DNA of 64,000 bases from NCBI GenBank assembly GCA_937934275.1, contig CALHAM010000024.1, positions 1,018 to 65,017 on the forward strand, read 5' to 3'. Positions 63,771-64,000 of this stretch are shown piece after piece; positions within the stretch are counted from its first letter, which is position 1, and the number at the start of each line of letters is the position of its first letter. This DNA is from an uncultured Saprospiraceae bacterium (GTDB lineage Bacteria > Bacteroidota > Bacteroidia > Chitinophagales > Saprospiraceae). The translations under genes were made by a program, and so were the position numbers. Under the pieces are notes generated by a model. That model searched no databases. It saw only the letters and a program-made list of their open reading frames with translations, and was not told where the DNA came from.

Positions 63771-64000
63771 ATGGATATGGACTATCAGGAAGGAAAACAA
63801 CGCTTTATCGAAGTGTGGGGGAAGATGGCCGGCTGCTGGGGTATACCGCCAGCTATGGCGCGAGTTCATGCGCTGCTGCTGGTTTCCCCGGAGCCACTAA
63901 CGGCAGAAGACATCCAGCAAGAATTGGACATTTCCGTGGGTAGCGCCAACATCAACCTGCGGCAATTGGTCGAGTGGAAATTAGTCAGTAAAATCTCCAT
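63771..64000 (+). CDS. GbsR/MarR-like winged-helix transcriptional regulator (5' part; runs off the window)
   Basis: Not in the ORF track because no stop lies inside the window. My translation from the ATG at 63771 is MDMDYQEGKQRFIEVWGKMAGCWGIPPAMARVHALLLVSPEPLTAEDIQQELDISVGSANINLRQLVEWKLVSKIS, typical of the GbsR-type HTH N-terminus. Confidence 0.6.
   Translation, partial: MDMDYQEGKQRFIEVWGKMAGCWGIPPAMARVHALLLVSPEPLTAEDIQQELDISVGSANINLRQLVEWKLVSKIS

Noticed and set aside
1-64000. Search by eye for rRNA, tRNA, CRISPR repeats, IS/transposase, integrase, phage or toxin-antitoxin/defence-type genes
   Set aside because: No intergenic region longer than about 250 nt exists. No cloverleaf-like or regularly spaced repeat structure was seen. 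No ORF translation showed transposase (DDE), integrase (R..H..R..Y), nuclease or NTPase defence signatures. A computational tRNA/CRISPR/IS scan would be needed to exclude them formally.

Overview
This is a 64-kb chromosomal segment from a GC-rich Bacteroidota-type genome. The phylum call rests on three proteins with T9SS C-terminal sorting domains, an exbB-exbD-exbD-tonB cluster, TAnnTTTG -7 promoter motifs and A-rich leaders in place of Shine-Dalgarno sites. I support about 55 protein-coding genes, densely packed, with several ATGA or TGATG start/stop overlaps. I recognised no rRNA, tRNA, CRISPR array, transposase, integrase or phage genes.

Most of the content is housekeeping or envelope related: DPP-IV peptidase, PKD-cyclophilin, recJ, GH13 amylase, the Ton complex, maeB, hbd, rlmI, rluD, SUI1, a nucleoside transporter and paaB/paaC.

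Loci worth a second look:
1. 52108-56031: a second, very divergent MotA/ExbB-like channel. Its partner is a hybrid ExbD/TonB-like protein (Asp-bearing TM helix, Pro-rich spacer, beta-rich domain). Two double-zinc-ribbon proteins bracket the pair, a small OM beta-barrel gene precedes it, and a divergent ECF sigma/anti-sigma pair lies next door.
2. 10174-14101: a translationally coupled operon of a cytoplasmic triple-PAS histidine kinase with no recognisable H-box, a stand-alone receiver, and an orphan membrane-anchored all-alpha protein. The last gene sits in a clearly AT-shifted stretch.
3. 5095-6919: a BtaA-family/methyltransferase pair suggesting betaine-lipid synthesis.
4. 8380-9924: a bacterial GH3 acyl-acid amido-synthetase homolog.
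5. 36705-48913: a cluster of T9SS cargo proteins, namely a vWA protein, a PDZ protein and a 1418-aa HYR/dockerin-like adhesin.
6. 61430-62535: an orphan paaB-paaC pair preceded by duplicated AACGCGTT palindromes.

All functional calls come from motifs read by eye in the supplied translations. No database search was run.
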